NCBI RefSeq assembly: GCF_009914755.1
Contig: NC_060941.1
Direction: 5' to 3' (one strand)
Length of the DNA stretch: 64,000 bases
Source: the human T2T-CHM13v2.0 reference genome, Homo sapiens
The position numbers and the translations under genes are program-made. The notes under the pieces were generated by a model, which saw nothing but the letters and a program-made list of their open reading frames with translations, was not told the origin of the DNA and made no database searches. Position 1 is the first letter of the stretch, and each line of letters begins with the position of its first letter. Positions 12,143-29,049 of this stretch are shown piece after piece.

Positions 12143-13790
12143 CAGCAGTTCTCTATGCACGGTCCCTGGACCCTGAGAGTTTCCTGTACCCTCTTCTGGC
12201 AGGGAGGGCAGTCTACAAGATAAACACTACTTTCATAATAATATCAAGATGCTGAGGTCAGGAGTTCGAGACCAGCCTGACCAACATGGCAAAACCCCGT
12301 CTCTACTAAAAATACCAAATTAGCTGGGCGTGGTGGCACATGCCTGTAATCCCAGCTACTCAGGAGGCCGAGGCAAGAGAATCGCTTGAACCCAGGAGGC
12401 AGAGGTTGCAGTGAGCCAAGATCGCGCATTGCACTCTAGCCTAGGCAACAAGAGCGAAACTCCATCCCCCACACCGACCAAAAAAAGGAAAAAAAAGATG
12501 TTATTGCCTTTTTCACGGAGTACATCTGCACCAATGGTCCAAAAGAAATGGCAGGTATAATTATCAACACTTTAGCATGAATGAAGGCAGTGGTGCCAAA
12601 CTGCTACCCCACACTCACAATAAATATATATTAATGCAAATTTCACCTAAGAATATCCTTGGTGATGCAATAAAAATAGTCAATTTAATAAATCTTGACC
12701 CTTGAGTATGTCTCTTATTTCAATACTCTGTATGACAAAATGGGAAGTGTGCATAAAACGTTCCTGGCACATAGTGGAATATGATGTTTGTCTCAAGAGA
12801 AAGCACTTAGGGGAGTATTAAGCTGCCAGCAAAACCAGCTGCATTTTTCACTGAACACCATTTTTACTTGAAAGAACTGACAGACAAATTCTGGGTATTC
12901 ACGCTTGGGTATCTGGCAGACATTTGCTCGAGAATGAATTAAGAAAGCCTGCCATTTCAAGGGAAATAATAACGGTGAAGGATGATACAATTTGAGCTAC
13001 AATAAAGAATTATAATTTGTAAAAATTTGTCTTCATCACCATGAACTTGACAGATTCCCAGTTCTGACAGACCTCTCTGATATCGAGGGTGAGGTTAAAG
13101 AATGTGATTCTTTGACATTGTAAAATGAAATGTATTTATATTTGGAAGATCTGTATAACTTAATTGAATTAACATTTTCCAAATGACTAATAAATGATGT
13201 TTCAAAATCTGGCATGGGTAAAAGATCCATTCAAAGTGCAAGGCTGAATAAATATTAATGTAACAGAATAAGAAAGTTCATTAAAATGTTTTTTTAAGTT
13301 TACATTGCAACCACCTTTAAAAAGACTACCATTTGTCAAATTTTTGTGAAATATCAAAAAAATGCATAATTATCTGAAAAGGCTATGAATATACTTCTCT
13401 TTCTTCCAAATACATGTCTGATTGAGGCTGGATTTTCTTCATATACTTTACAACAACATGTCTTTATAGATGGAATGCAGACACAGATTTCAGAATCCAG
13501 CTATTTTCTCTTAAGCCAGACAATATAGAATTTAGCAAGAATATAAAAAATCTTACTCTTCTCACCAATTTTTGTTTTGGAAAATATAGCTATCTATCAT
13601 AAAAATATGATGTTAACATGCAATTGATTTATCATTATTTTAAAATAAATATTTTTTATTAATTTTTCAATTTGAATTTCTAATATAGTAAAAATCAGTA
13701 GTTCTGACCAACATAAAAAAAAGCTCTTTGAGGCTCTCACTAATTAAAAAATGCAAATGAGTCCTGAGACCAAATGTTTCAGAATCTCCA
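12143..13790 (+). mobile_element. Charlie1a-like hAT DNA transposon inside an old L1M fragment
   Basis: 5' cagcagttctc, 3' gtcctgagaccaaatgtttcagaa; degenerate transposase-derived interior; 8-bp TSD-like ctgtagga/ttgtagaa. Confidence 0.8.
12251..12496 (+). mobile_element. 5'-truncated AluS inside Charlie1a
   Basis: Starts at ctgaggtcagg; TSD aagatg. Confidence 0.9.
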
Positions 13791-15949
13791 TTGTAGAAGA
13801 ATATTTAACAACTAGAGGAAATACCTACAGGACACTGTTAAGTAGGGGGAAGTCAGACTGTAAAAGACTCTGGCAAATACAGGTGATTTTATTTCATGTT
13901 TTGGGGTGGGGGGGTTCTAATTTTCTAGAATACACAATGCATAGATGAATAGTAAAGAAATGCTTTCAAAATTATTTCAGGTCTTGCCCCACTTAGACTC
14001 TCTCAGGAAGTCTGTAGACAGTGCCTAACACATAGTAGGTGCTTATTAGCTCTTTCAGGTGGCCTAAAATAGTTTTTCACAGACAGACAATGACTAATTG
14101 GCTTAGCATTAGTGTCCTCTCCCTGTCATGCTGGAGGGATGTTTGTTTGCTTAACAAAAAGCCTCATACTTTAAAATATACATGCATATATATTTCTGAG
14201 CATAAAATATATATATGTTAAAGTATGTAATATATATATATATCACCTACACAAATATAGCATTTAATCAACGCTTATATTTAATATTATTTTCTACCAC
14301 GCAAAGAACAACATTTACAGTACACCTTAGGCTTCAATGTAGAATAACCTGATTCCTAAAATAGAATCTATTTTCTTCTGGGAAGTGGAAGAGCTACTAA
14401 ATTCTCAAACGACAACAACGTACGATGATTTCAATTAAAACATTTCTTTTTTAAGCCACAGGAGATGCTGGGAAAGCCATAAAACTCAACCCAGGTTGGA
14501 GGTGAGGAGTCCTAACATCTAAGAGAAGGTTGAGAACGGAAGCTTGAATTTGTTTACTTTCTGTGAACAGGAAAAATAATCATAAATAGCAATGCTCCCA
14601 TATCATTAGAAGATGCTAAGAAAAGACTAATTTAAAAAAAAGAAAAAACTGCCTGGTCTTTGGTCACCTTGTTCATGCTGGGTGGCCTTGAGTAACCAAC
14701 TCTGAGATTTCTGTTTCTGCAGCCGTAAAAATAAGCTAATGAGCATTTCCAGGGGGCCAACGAGCGCCAGAATGCTAAAGACCAAGGTGGTTGGTTCAGA
14801 AGAATTTCTGGAATGGGCATCCTGGCTTTCAGAAGCTCCAGAGACCTCCAGCCTGGCACCCAGGAGGAATGATTCTGAATCTCTGCTCCCTCCTGCATGG
14901 AGAACCTCTGGGAGGCCAGTTTTGAAACCCATTCTTGTTGACATGCAGAGCAGCCAGTTCTGTTTCCCCCGGCCCTGGGGCCCAGCATCACGGCCCCTGA
15001 GGCTATTTCCTGGTCAGACCCAAGGCATACACAAGACCCCTTCTGAGGTTTTCCGTGCCACCTCTCCGGGCGGCTCTGGCAGGTCGACATTGCTCCCTTA
15101 GGCTGCATAATTAGCAGGCTTCCAGTCGCCATGTGGTTGTGGTTGCCCGCTCCAAACACAGCCCTGCAGCCCCCTCCTCACCGGCGCCACCTCCACCGCC
15201 AGTCCACACACGTCCCCACCCTTTCTTCCCCCAGCCGCACCTCACCAACTGTGGGTCCCCACACGGCAGCTCCAGGGCTGCTGCCACCCCTCACATTGAC
15301 ACGTTTCCTAATCCTCTGGCAAACGCAGAGCAAGTCCACAGAACCCTGCTGTCACCACCTCGGAGCCAAACTTAGTCTCAACTCATTTAGAGACTTTGCA
15401 AGCTTTGGTGGGAAAAAGGAAAATGCAGAGAGCTCAGACTAATCTGTGTCTATCATCTAGATCCTGCCCTCTTCATCCCACGCCATTCTCCCTGCCCCTC
15501 CAATAATCACAAATCCCACTATTAGAAGGTAAAGTTTTAAGAGGTCATTTCATCTATCCCTCTGTCTTTGGGTAGGACTGTCTTCAAAATACACATTAAA
15601 AATGCTCTGTCTATGTCTACAGGGCTGATGCCACAGCCTCCTCCTTTGTATAGGTGCATGGGCAGTTAACCTACAGGTGAATGCACAGTCAAGTTCACAC
15701 CTACGCCTTCGACAAGCAACATTAAACATACAACCAAACACCATCTGTACCTGTCTCCGTGCTGACTGGGGACACTCCCCTAGACCACACTGACAGCCTC
15801 CTCCTCCCCACCCACACCATCACAATGTCTTCTTCAAGTCAGCATGGAAAGGGCAGGAGAGCACACGAGTTGATGAGTTTTCCATTTTAAAGAATAGGGA
15901 CGAGCAAAGCACTCCCTCTCCTGTGTTTGAAAGTTTACTTGCAGCTTCA

Positions 15950-16210
15950 GCAGGCAAAGGGCTTTTTTTAATATAATAAAAAAAGTTATATGACTTTAAT
16001 TAAATGCACTTATTAAAAGGGTGAAATATTTGGAGAGGCTGTTTTTGTGCTGGAGGCACATTTTCCAGCGTGCTGTAGAGCGTCTGCATCCGCCCGCTCT
16101 AGGCAATTTTTAATGCACAAATAAATCCGCACCTGACGTGCTGACAGATTATTATGCAGTGTGGCAGCCAACAAAAGTAAACACAGGGGCAAGTTTTAAC
16201 CTCTTGCAGT
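15950..16210. promoter_or_regulatory. Candidate conserved developmental enhancer
   Basis: Repeat-free; TAATTA, CACCTG/TGACGTG, TGACAG, AACAAAAG, GTAAACA (16177-16183); several retained CpGs. Confidence 0.45.
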
Positions 16211-17959
16211 CACAGAGCTTTCCCTGCTGGGCCCAGCTCAGGTGTACAGGACTGCTGGCAAAGCCTTTTCTTCCAGTTAGGCATCTTCCTGTCCAGGAGC
16301 CCAGCCTTGGAAACAGGAGGCTGTCATCCTGTCTGGAGTGTGGCATAAGCCACAGGACAGGAGACGAAGGGAGGGGATAGAGAGGAACAGCAGCACCACA
16401 TCACATTCCCCAAGCACCCTGCCTTCCATCCTGTTTATACTGTGGCCATAAGATCCACAGGCTTCTGCCCTCCGTCGATCCTTCCAGCCGGCAGAGCTGG
16501 CTGTGCAGATGTAATGCCCAGCCAGGTGCTTCTCCCAGCTCTGCCCAATGTGAAAGAGTCAGGACAGTTACTAGAGAGCTAGAGGGTAATCGGGCAACTT
16601 CCAAACTTTGGACTTTAAGTTATGGACATGTAAATTAGCATACAGTCAAGGCATTTCCTGAAACCAAACTACAGAACTGCTCATCTTCTGTTGCTCTGGT
16701 TAGATAGGGCTTGCAAAGCGACACTCCTGGAAAGGCACATGTTGCAATGGTCAGAGGCTTTGGTTTTACTTGCCTGGCCTCTGTGACATAGCTCAGTGGG
16801 TTCATTTATTTTTCATATCATGTTTTAGCTCCATGGCTACTAGATTTTTTAAAACCTAGGTTTCCTCATCTGTATAATATGCCTTCGGCTGGGGGAAGGA
16901 GAGTCTTGGGATGAAGGCGTGTTCTCACAGTCTGTTGGGGTTGACATTCACTGATCCATTAGTCTATTACTCTGTCACTAAGATCAGACAGTTGTATTCT
17001 GCATCTGTGAATAATAACAGCTCTTGTTATTCTAATTTATTTGGTGTTTACTACAATCCATACCTGATGCTTTAATACATGCTCTCATTTTATCTTCAAA
17101 CTCTCCAAGGTCCAGATCATTAATCTATTTATTATCACCACTAATTTGAATAGGCACCATGTTGCCCAGTGTTCACAGTTATCCAAGCTTCATCATGTTC
17201 ATTCTCTCAACAATCTTATCATACTCAGTTTACAGAGGAGGAAAAGGATGCTTAGAATGTGTTATTTTGCCCAAGGAATCCATTACATGAGCCAAAATAA
17301 AAGCACAAGTACAAAAAAGCAACCACATCAAACTTTAACTCACTAGAACATAGATATTGCAAATATAGAGCAGATTAATTAGGACCACTGAAGAAATATC
17401 CTTGTTTTTTTCTCTATAAATAAGATTGGGGACCCATATACTTATTTTTAAAACAACAGGAAAAGTTTTGGCACAATGAAATGTGATCAAATAAACAGAA
17501 AATTCCTGCAGTGGGTAGAAGGCTGGGGGAGGTGACCTTCAAGAACCCTGCCAACACATCTCTTCGGTGAACCGATTGCTTTGACACTGGAATCTACCCC
17601 CTGCCCCTAGAATTTGGGGGAGAAGCTTTGGCACGAGCTTTACATTAGCAGCATCTCCATTCACATTCTACCTCTTCATGACACTCGGATTGAATGTTCT
17701 CTTTCATACTGGCTGAGAATTTTGGGGCTGTGGCAAGGAAAGAAGAAGAGAATTTAGCCTATAGATTCTCTTTGTTTGCATACTTTCCCTCTGGTCTAGG
17801 AAAGACCAGCAAAATTCTGATCATCACACTGAATGCTTCTCCCACCAGCACCCAGGAGAACCAGTTAGCCATTACCAGGTAGATCATGTCTCTTGCACAC
17901 ATTTGTCAACCTCCTGAGTTTGGGGAATGCCCCACCTCATGAAACAGATGCTGACACCT

Positions 17960-18680
17960 GCTACTAAGGCTGACAATGCCAGGCCCTTCTATTGCCAGCC
18001 TCCCTTGCATCTAAGGCAAGAACACCAGGCTTAGGTTTCCCTAGTCAGTCACAACTATGCCCAACTTTGAGCTGGAATCAGCAGAAGCCCTGAAAGATCC
18101 ACTCTGGTGAGGGTTGGGGTAACAGCAGAAAGTATTTGAGTACTTTCTAATTTGAGGCTATTACAAAAAGTGCTACTATGAACGTTCTAGCTCATAGAAC
18201 ACTAGTGGCAGGAGCTATGGTGTACAGGAATTCTGGCAAAGCACTGGTGTCTCTCTAAGCAATGGCCTGCTTAGAGAGAGAGTGATTCCAGTGAAGCCTC
18301 CTACACCCAGTGTCAGTGGTGTAGGCTAAGATGGGTGTGCCCACCGGTAGGAATGATATCATCATCAGACCAGCTTTTCTGTGCTTGAGACATGTTCTTG
18401 GCAGCAGAACCTCCAAACCTGGCTTCCTTACCCTCATGGAGATGCTAAGCTATACAATCTGCATTTTTTTTTTAAGAGATGGGGGTCTCACTATGTTGAC
18501 CAGGCTGGTCTTGAACTCCTGGCCTCAAGCAATCTTCCCATCTCAGTCTCCCAAAGTGCTGGGATTACAGGTGTGAGCCACCAAATGCCCAGCCACAATC
18601 TGCTTCTAATAAACCACTCTTTGTCTTAAATTAGCCAAAGGTGATTTCTGTTGCTTGCAAACAAGAACCCTGATGGATAT
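17960..18680 (+). mobile_element. LTR33-like ERVL LTR
   Basis: 3' end aataaac...cttaaattagccaaaggtgatttctgttgcttgcaaacaagaaccctga. Confidence 0.65.
18464..18594 (-). mobile_element. FLAM_C (Alu monomer)
   Basis: Single left arm; TSD acaatctgc. Confidence 0.85.
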
Positions 18681-18769
18681 AGGATCCTGTACAAAAACCC
18701 TGGCACTGGTGTTTGGAAGTTATACAGCACTATGTCTGTTCAATTGGTTTTTGTGTTGTTTTGCTTTCA

Positions 18770-19690
<921 letters not shown>

Positions 19691-19699
19691 TTAGCATGA

Positions 19700-19990
19700 T
19701 TTTTTTCTTTAAGACAGGGTCTCACTCTGCCACCCAGGCTGGAATGTAGTGGCACCATTATGACTCACTGTAGCCTTGACCTCGCGAGCTCAGGCTGTCA
19801 TCCCACCTCAGCCTGCTGAGTAGCCAGGACTACAGGTGCACATCACCACATCTAGCTTTTTTTTTTTTTTTGGTAGAGACAGGATCTCACTATGTTGCCC
19901 TGGCTAGTCTCTAACTCCTGCACTCAAGTGATCCTCCCACCTTGGCCTCCCAAAGTGCTGGGATTACAGGCATGAGCCACAGCAACTGAC
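19700..19990 (-). mobile_element. AluJ
   Basis: Reverse-strand Alu dimer. Confidence 0.9.
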
Positions 19991-20569
19991 AACAATAATT
20001 TTTAATTGAACTCTCAAAATAATTTTTACCCCAAAGGCATGACACTGGGAAAGGATAAGAAGTGTAAGGAGACAGATGTACGTAAAACTTCATATGGAGG
20101 CATTTCCCCGCTTTACTGCAGAGGTATTAAGATCTATAAAGACCCTGGTGTTCGGCATTTTGCCACTCGGCTTGACCTGGGTTAAATAACTGCTGACAGG
20201 TCATTGTGAAAGTCAAGGGCACAGCTGGGACAAGGCATCTGAACTCTTGGCCTTCTGACCCAGCAGCAGAGAATCACACATTTTTGCCAGCACCACTGGC
20301 CCCAGGGAACCAGCAGCCAACACTAGCGTCTCACCCAGTATCACCACTTTCTCCAGCATCTGAGAGGGGATGGCTTGCATTTGGAGCCCTATCATAAGGC
20401 CTGAATGCCTCCAGAATCAGCAGTCACTTAAATTAGGCCAAGAGGGCCAGGTGTGGAGGGGATGAGGTGGGGATTGGTGGAGATTTGAATAAATTGAGAG
20501 CGAATGTCCAGTCTTAAGGAGACATTTATTACTCAGGTTGTTGATTTTTGCCATATGGGAAAAAAGAGG

Positions 20570-20750
20570 CCATTATTGCCAGATTTTCTGGCTTTTCAAG
20601 GGAGGTTAGAAAACGTTTTTTTTTTTAATAAGATATTGCAATTTGTGCTGTTGGCAACTAATTTTAAGAAGTTAAACATGGACTACTGTTAGCCAGGTGA
20701 AACACATCTATGGATCAGATCTGGCCCAGGAACCACTGGCTTACCATCTC
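20570..20750 (+). mobile_element. MER103-like
   Basis: attgccagattttctggcttttcaag...ttggcaactaatt...aaacacatct...tctggccc. Confidence 0.65.
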
Positions 20751-22477
20751 CAATTTGGAAGGACTCAGCATTTCAGGCTCAAAGGAGAGAGAGGTCTTCT
20801 ATGACTGCACAGAGCACACATGAAAGAAAGCAACTGAACACCAACTCTGGAGAGCACAGATGCTTGGAGTGTATTCCAAATCCCCTCTCTCTCTTACATG
20901 GAGAAACTCCCTCTATAACTATGACCTGTTTTGTTACCTCGATGTCGACATCATTAAATAAAGAGCCCTTCGGATCATGAACACCTCAGACAAGGTGCCT
21001 CACACTTGAAGAAAACTGAGTCTTTTTTTTGTTTTTCCTTTGCATCTGGCCATTATGTGTCCTATAATGACTGCAGGTCACTGCCTCTGCCCCCAGCCCT
21101 CATTTCTCAAGGCAGAATCCATTTGAGTTGATGACACCTGGAGCGGCTAAGCAGCACTTGAAAAACGATTTACCCACCAAGAAGTCATCAATGAGAAGAC
21201 ACTCTCTTTAGCAAATCAGACCTTGTTTCCAATCAGCTCAATCTTCATGCTTGAGTTTTCAACATTTTACTCAGCGAAGCTGGCTGCAATCACATGAATG
21301 TCAATGGGCTACTTAATTCTTCCTTTCTACTTCTTCCCCAACCCATAATCACAAATACCATTTCTCTGCCTCTGCCCTCCTTCCCTCTACCTGACTGCCC
21401 TCAGAATACCACACACGCATACACACTCCACTTACACATGCACACACACACGTCCATTCATCAATTCCAAGAGCGAATTGGTGGGAACAATCTAGCGACA
21501 AACATATATGGGAATAGGTTTGCATTTACTTCCACTTGTCTTCACCACCCACTTTCTAGTTCCTAGTTAAGTATCAGGCATGTAGTGGGTGTTTGATAAA
21601 TATCTCTCCAATGTCCTGTAGTTCCTCAGACAAATTTGCAAGACCTCATGTGTGCTATTAGCATCAAACAGCTGTTTTGGAGTGACATGAGTGCTTACCA
21701 AGGATGCAGAATCTCACCACGCCTTGCAGACAGGTTGAGACAGGTGTTCACCAAACAAGGAAACAGGGATGCAAAAAGATGCTGAAGCCATCTGGGCAAA
21801 GGGCAGTTTGGAGAGGCAAGAGGAAAATCCTGTTGCAAGATCCCAAGCCTCTAAAACCCTGGTGTGCCTACCTCCACAGTGGCTATATCTCATCCAGTGA
21901 TCATGACAATTATTCAATAAATTACTATGTGTTCAATAAGCATTAGCTACATACCAGACACTTGACATCATGAACAAATGTAATTCTCGCAGCAACTCTA
22001 TAAGGCTCACTGAGGAATCTTAGGATAAAGAGCTTGCCCAAGGAGCTTATCAAGTTAATCTCAGAGGTTCCCAAGGGGGAACTTGGAGGAATAAGGTGAG
22101 GGAACATTTGGGGTTGTCACAACACACAGGTGACTGCTGAAATGTAGTAGGCAGGGGGCAGGAAAGCCGGAGATCTACATCATTCAGGTCTTTTCCCACC
22201 CAAATGCCATCATCAGCCCAGTTGAAAAACACTGCTTTTTAAGCAAGGGCAGAGCCAGGATCTGCACCTGCCTACAAGCAAGTCTGCCTCAACAGCCCCT
22301 GTCCTTCCTTACCATTCCATTCTGAGGCTTCAAAGCCATTAATGTCACATAAGCTGCTTCCTGGTAGAACAACTAACTGCCCTTTCAGTAACATCTAGGA
22401 AACTTCAGAATGTAGAGAACAGATCCAGATCTAGAACAAAAATCTGTTCTCTCCCCAACAGAGCAAAATATACATAG

Positions 22478-22784
<307 letters not shown>

Positions 22785-22969
22785 TTGCAAAATATATTTA
22801 AGATGTATCTTCCATATATAAAGCAAAGCGCTAAACAGTGTTGTGAGAAAGAGCTTCTTTCTTTTTCAAGACAGAGGCATTGCTTCAAAGGCTGCAATTT
22901 CATACAAGAAAAAGGAAAGGAAAAGAATAATGCAGACTGTGAGTAGCACCAAATGCCTAGTAAAGATCA

Positions 22970-23270
<301 letters not shown>

Positions 23271-24241
23271 GATCGTACATGTTGAAAGATTTTAACACCA
23301 TGATGCAAGTATTCAGAGCTGGCTTCATGCAGAAGGGAGGACTTCAGCTAGGTTTCAAAAGCTGGAACTGATTCCCATCAGCAGGAAAGGAGGGAGAGAG
23401 AGACAATAAAATCAGGTGTGCAGAGGTAAGAAATCAGCTTGTCAAGCTTGAGGGGCACCAAGGGGACCACCGTGGATAAAACAGAGTCCATTTCATAGCA
23501 GACAGGGGTAAACCTCAAAAGGTATTTGCACGGGATCGAGAAAGGATTTCATCTCTATCCAAGGATTCCAATCTATCTTGTAGGAAGTAGCAATCCCTCA
23601 TGGGTTGTGTGCAGGAGGGATGAAAGTGGTGTTTTCAGGAATGAACAGACTGCATAAGAGTGGGTGGGGGTGAGTGGTCAGTTAGAAGTTCTCTCAATAA
23701 ATCCAGCATGAGTAAGAGTCTCCATGAGGTAGGAGCAACGGAAACAGCCACTGAGCCCTGCCAATTCCTTCTCAATACCCGTTTTTGTGTTCGATTGGAT
23801 AGGAACCGTTTTGGGGGCCTGAGAAAAGCAGAAGGGTTGAACCTTACTTCATAATGTAGAGGTTGATAACCAGAAGAATGACAGCCCTACTGCTGATAAA
23901 ATATTGAGGACAGGGAGTTTAACCACAAAACCTTCAGGAAGAAATGGCCAGGAAATAATAACTGCTAATGGGAAATCAGTGCTGTGGTCTGCAGACAACC
24001 TGGACATTCTCAGACACAAAATGAGACCTCTCCCATCAGCCAGGTTTCAGGAGATGCAGCAGTGGCAACTTCACATGGTAATCTGCTATGTTGGTGGCTC
24101 CCAGTGAAACTCACCTGCTGAGATCCATGCCTTCATTTAATCCCCTACCCTTGAATTTAGGCTGGCCCTGTGACGTGCTTCAGTCAACAGAATGCGGCAG
24201 AAAGTGATGCTGTACCAGTTCTAGGCCTAAGCCTTCTGCCG

Positions 24242-24614
24242 TGTATTAGTCTGTTCTCATGCTGCTAATAAAGACACACCTGTGATTGGGTAATTTGTAA
24301 AGGAAAGAGGTTTAATGGACTCACAGTTCCACATCGCTGGGGAGGCCTCACAATGATAGCAGAAGACAAAGGAAGAGCAGAGGGATGTCTTATATGGCAG
24401 CAGGCAAGAGAGAGAATGAAAACCAAGGAAAAGGGGTTTTCCCTTATAAAACCATCAGATCTTGTGAGACTTATTCGTTACCACGAGAACAGTATGGAGG
24501 AAACCACCCCTATGATTCAATGACCTACCAATGGGTCCCTCCCACAACATGTGGGAACTATGAGAGCCACAATTCCAAATGAGATTTGGGTGGGGACACA
24601 GCCAAGCTATATCA
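24242..24614 (-). mobile_element. THE1C-like solo LTR
   Basis: tgtattagtctgttctcatgctgctaataaagac...gagatttgggtggggacacagccaagctatatca. Confidence 0.9.
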
Positions 24615-24648
24615 AGTCTGTCTAGCAGCTATCTAAGAAGTCAAGCTA

Positions 24649-24950
<302 letters not shown>

Positions 24951-25769
24951 TCAAGCTATCCTCTAGGATAGCTTGAGAGACCACGTGGAGAAAGAGAAGC
25001 CCTTAAATGATATGAAAAAAGAGAGAAAGGCCTAGTGTCCTAGTGGCCCAGCGGAGCCCAGTTCCCCAACCAATTCTCTAGCAGAATGAAGCCTTATGAG
25101 TAACCACTGACCAGATGAGCAGAACAACCACCCAGCCAGGCCTAGCCCAAACCCCAGAATCATGGACAAATACAACAGTTGCTGTTTTAAGCCACCATGT
25201 TTTGGGATGGTTTGTTACTCAGTAACAGATAACTGATACACTTCCACGAGGCCATGGGTTGTGCTGGAGTGCCCTGGTGGTCCATGCCAACAATGGGATC
25301 ATGCAAAGCTCTGTGCACAGGCAAATATATGTCTATCCTTGGTGATGGGTAGTGTGAACATAAAGAGAAGCCATACAGAGCCACTGCCATCTGCAAGTGC
25401 TCCCTCAAGCTACTGGTGCCCAAGCTTGGCACATAGTTGGCACCTAAATAAACATTTGTAAAACGGATGCAGAGCTATCAATCTGATTTTAATGGACTCT
25501 AGAGAAGCGTATCCAAAGCTTACTTATTCCTGCAAACCTTCCCAGAAACTTGTAACCTTCAATGTCAGGAAATGTTCTCATAAATCTGACCATACTCCCT
25601 GAGGCTCCTGAAGCTCATTTCCTCTTGTCCAGTATGAATGGATAACAGCTGGTCACTATTCCAATATCCACTGACACTGCACCTTCCTCAGCCTTACTGA
25701 GTTCTCCTCTCATCAAGAAAGAAGACTACTGCCTTTGCCTCCTTGCAAACTTGATTCTTTTCAACCTTT

Positions 25770-26285
25770 TCTAGAGAGGTGCTATTTCTGTTTAACAAGA
25801 GCCTCCTGGGGATCTTGTTACAATGTGGATTCTGACTCCATAGGTCTGGCATGGAGCCACAGATTGTGCCTTCTATCAAGTTCCCAAATGATGCTGATGT
25901 CGCTGGTCCAAGGACTACACTTTGCATGGCTGCCTCATTTTGCAGATAAGGAAACTGAAGTGCAAAGCGAGGAAGGCTCTACCACCAACATCAGAGCCTT
26001 AGGCTTGATTGCACAGACCCTTCTGAGTTATGTGACTGAAACCAGTGTGGGAAATCAGAGCAGGTGTTTCTCAGCTATAGTGGCTCTAGAGCAGCTGCTC
26101 CCTTGCCATCTAAAGTCAGGTTGGCTACCTTGGAACCATCCAAGAAGCTTCTCAAAATGCAGATTCACAGGCTTTCCTGCTGGAGACTGACTCAATAGAC
26201 CTGGCCTGTGGCCTTGGGAAATTGTGTTTCCAAAAGAGCTCCACGGGTGATTCTGATGCACAGTGGGTTTGAGATTATTCATCTA
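25770..26285. mobile_element. Cluster of MER5 and MIR fragments
   Basis: ggattctgactccataggtctgg...aagttcccaaatgatgctgatg; cagataaggaaactgaag; ggtgattctgatgcacag. Confidence 0.7.
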
Positions 26286-26383
26286 GAATACAAGGGAGGC
26301 AGTGACCCCACAAGAGTAAGACTCAAAAATATTAGCTCACCAGTATTTATTAAGAGGGTTCTATGCTCTGGGCACTATCCTAA

Positions 26384-26713
<330 letters not shown>

Positions 26714-26957
26714 TGATTTAAACTTCGCTACAACTCCATCTAGTAAGTGCTATCATAAGTCCAAATTTATAGAGGGGAAACCAAGGCACAAAGCAGCTAA
26801 ATAACTTGGCAAAAGTCACATCCCTACTAAGGGGCTGAGAAAGGGTCAGAAGCCAGTTCGTTTAGCTCCAAAATCCACCTGTTAACCACTATGTTCTCGA
26901 CCTCTTATCTAAAGTGAAGATAAGCTCCCTGGAAAATCCCAAGAGTAAACTGATTGA

Positions 26958-27329
<372 letters not shown>

Positions 27330-27389
27330 TCACTCCTCGGTGGGGGGAAATGGTAGGAGATGATCTCAGTCAAATTTGGGAACAGAGCT

Positions 27390-28312
<923 letters not shown>

Positions 28313-28370
28313 TCAAGACATCATGAGGATGCCAGGAAACTAACTGCCTGTGGGATACGTGGGCCCAAGG

Positions 28371-28500
28371 CAGTGCTTCTCAAACTTTAATGTACACACA
28401 CAATACCTGGGACCCTTGTTAAAATGCAGATTCCAATGCCGTAGGTCTGGCTGGGGCTAGAGAGTCTGCATTTCTAGCAAGAGATGCTGGTGTTGCATCA
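28371..28500. mobile_element. MER5A fragment
   Basis: cagtgcttctcaaacttt...cttgttaaaatgcagattc...gtaggtctgg...tctgcatttctagcaag. Confidence 0.8.
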
Positions 28501-29049
28501 CCCTCAGCATGGCAGGGACCTGCAGGACAGCTCTGGCTAGCTCTGGCCCCGCCACCTCCCCAGGCAAGCCTTCTCCCAGCTCAGCACCCCCAGGAGAACA
28601 GCCCTTACGCAAACTTCCAGGGCGGTCTGGCCTCTGCTTACCTCCTCAACCCTGGAACTATTCCACAGAGTGCAAGTTTCATCGCAGGCCCCTAGGGAAT
28701 CCAGACCCTTCTAGAGATCTATCCCTGGGTCCCTACCCCAACCCTTCTCTCTGTCTTCCACGAGCCACACCCCTCCCTGCCCTTGCCTCAGAAAGCCCTC
28801 ATTCTGAAGGTCAGGTCCACTTAGCGGTCAGCCTTGCTCCCCAGCCGCCCAAGGTGGCTGGGATCAGTGGTGAGGAAGGGAGAGGAGGTGAAAGGAGGAT
28901 AAGCAGAGAGCAAGGAGGCCCCGTGAGGTCTTGTGACCGACTGGGCCTCCTGGTGCCGCCGAGGTGGCAGTGCCAAAGCGCAGTGCTGGAATACTTGGCC
29001 TGTCTCCGGAGCAAACACCCAATCCAAACAGGCCCTAGTGTGTCTCCGA

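Noticed and set aside
12500-13560. Possible domesticated hAT transposase
   Set aside because: Interior of Charlie1a is heavily degenerate; only short unrelated ORFs remain
28950-28975. CTCF-like gccgccgaggtggcagtg
   Set aside because: 5' half of the core fits poorly; too weak to call
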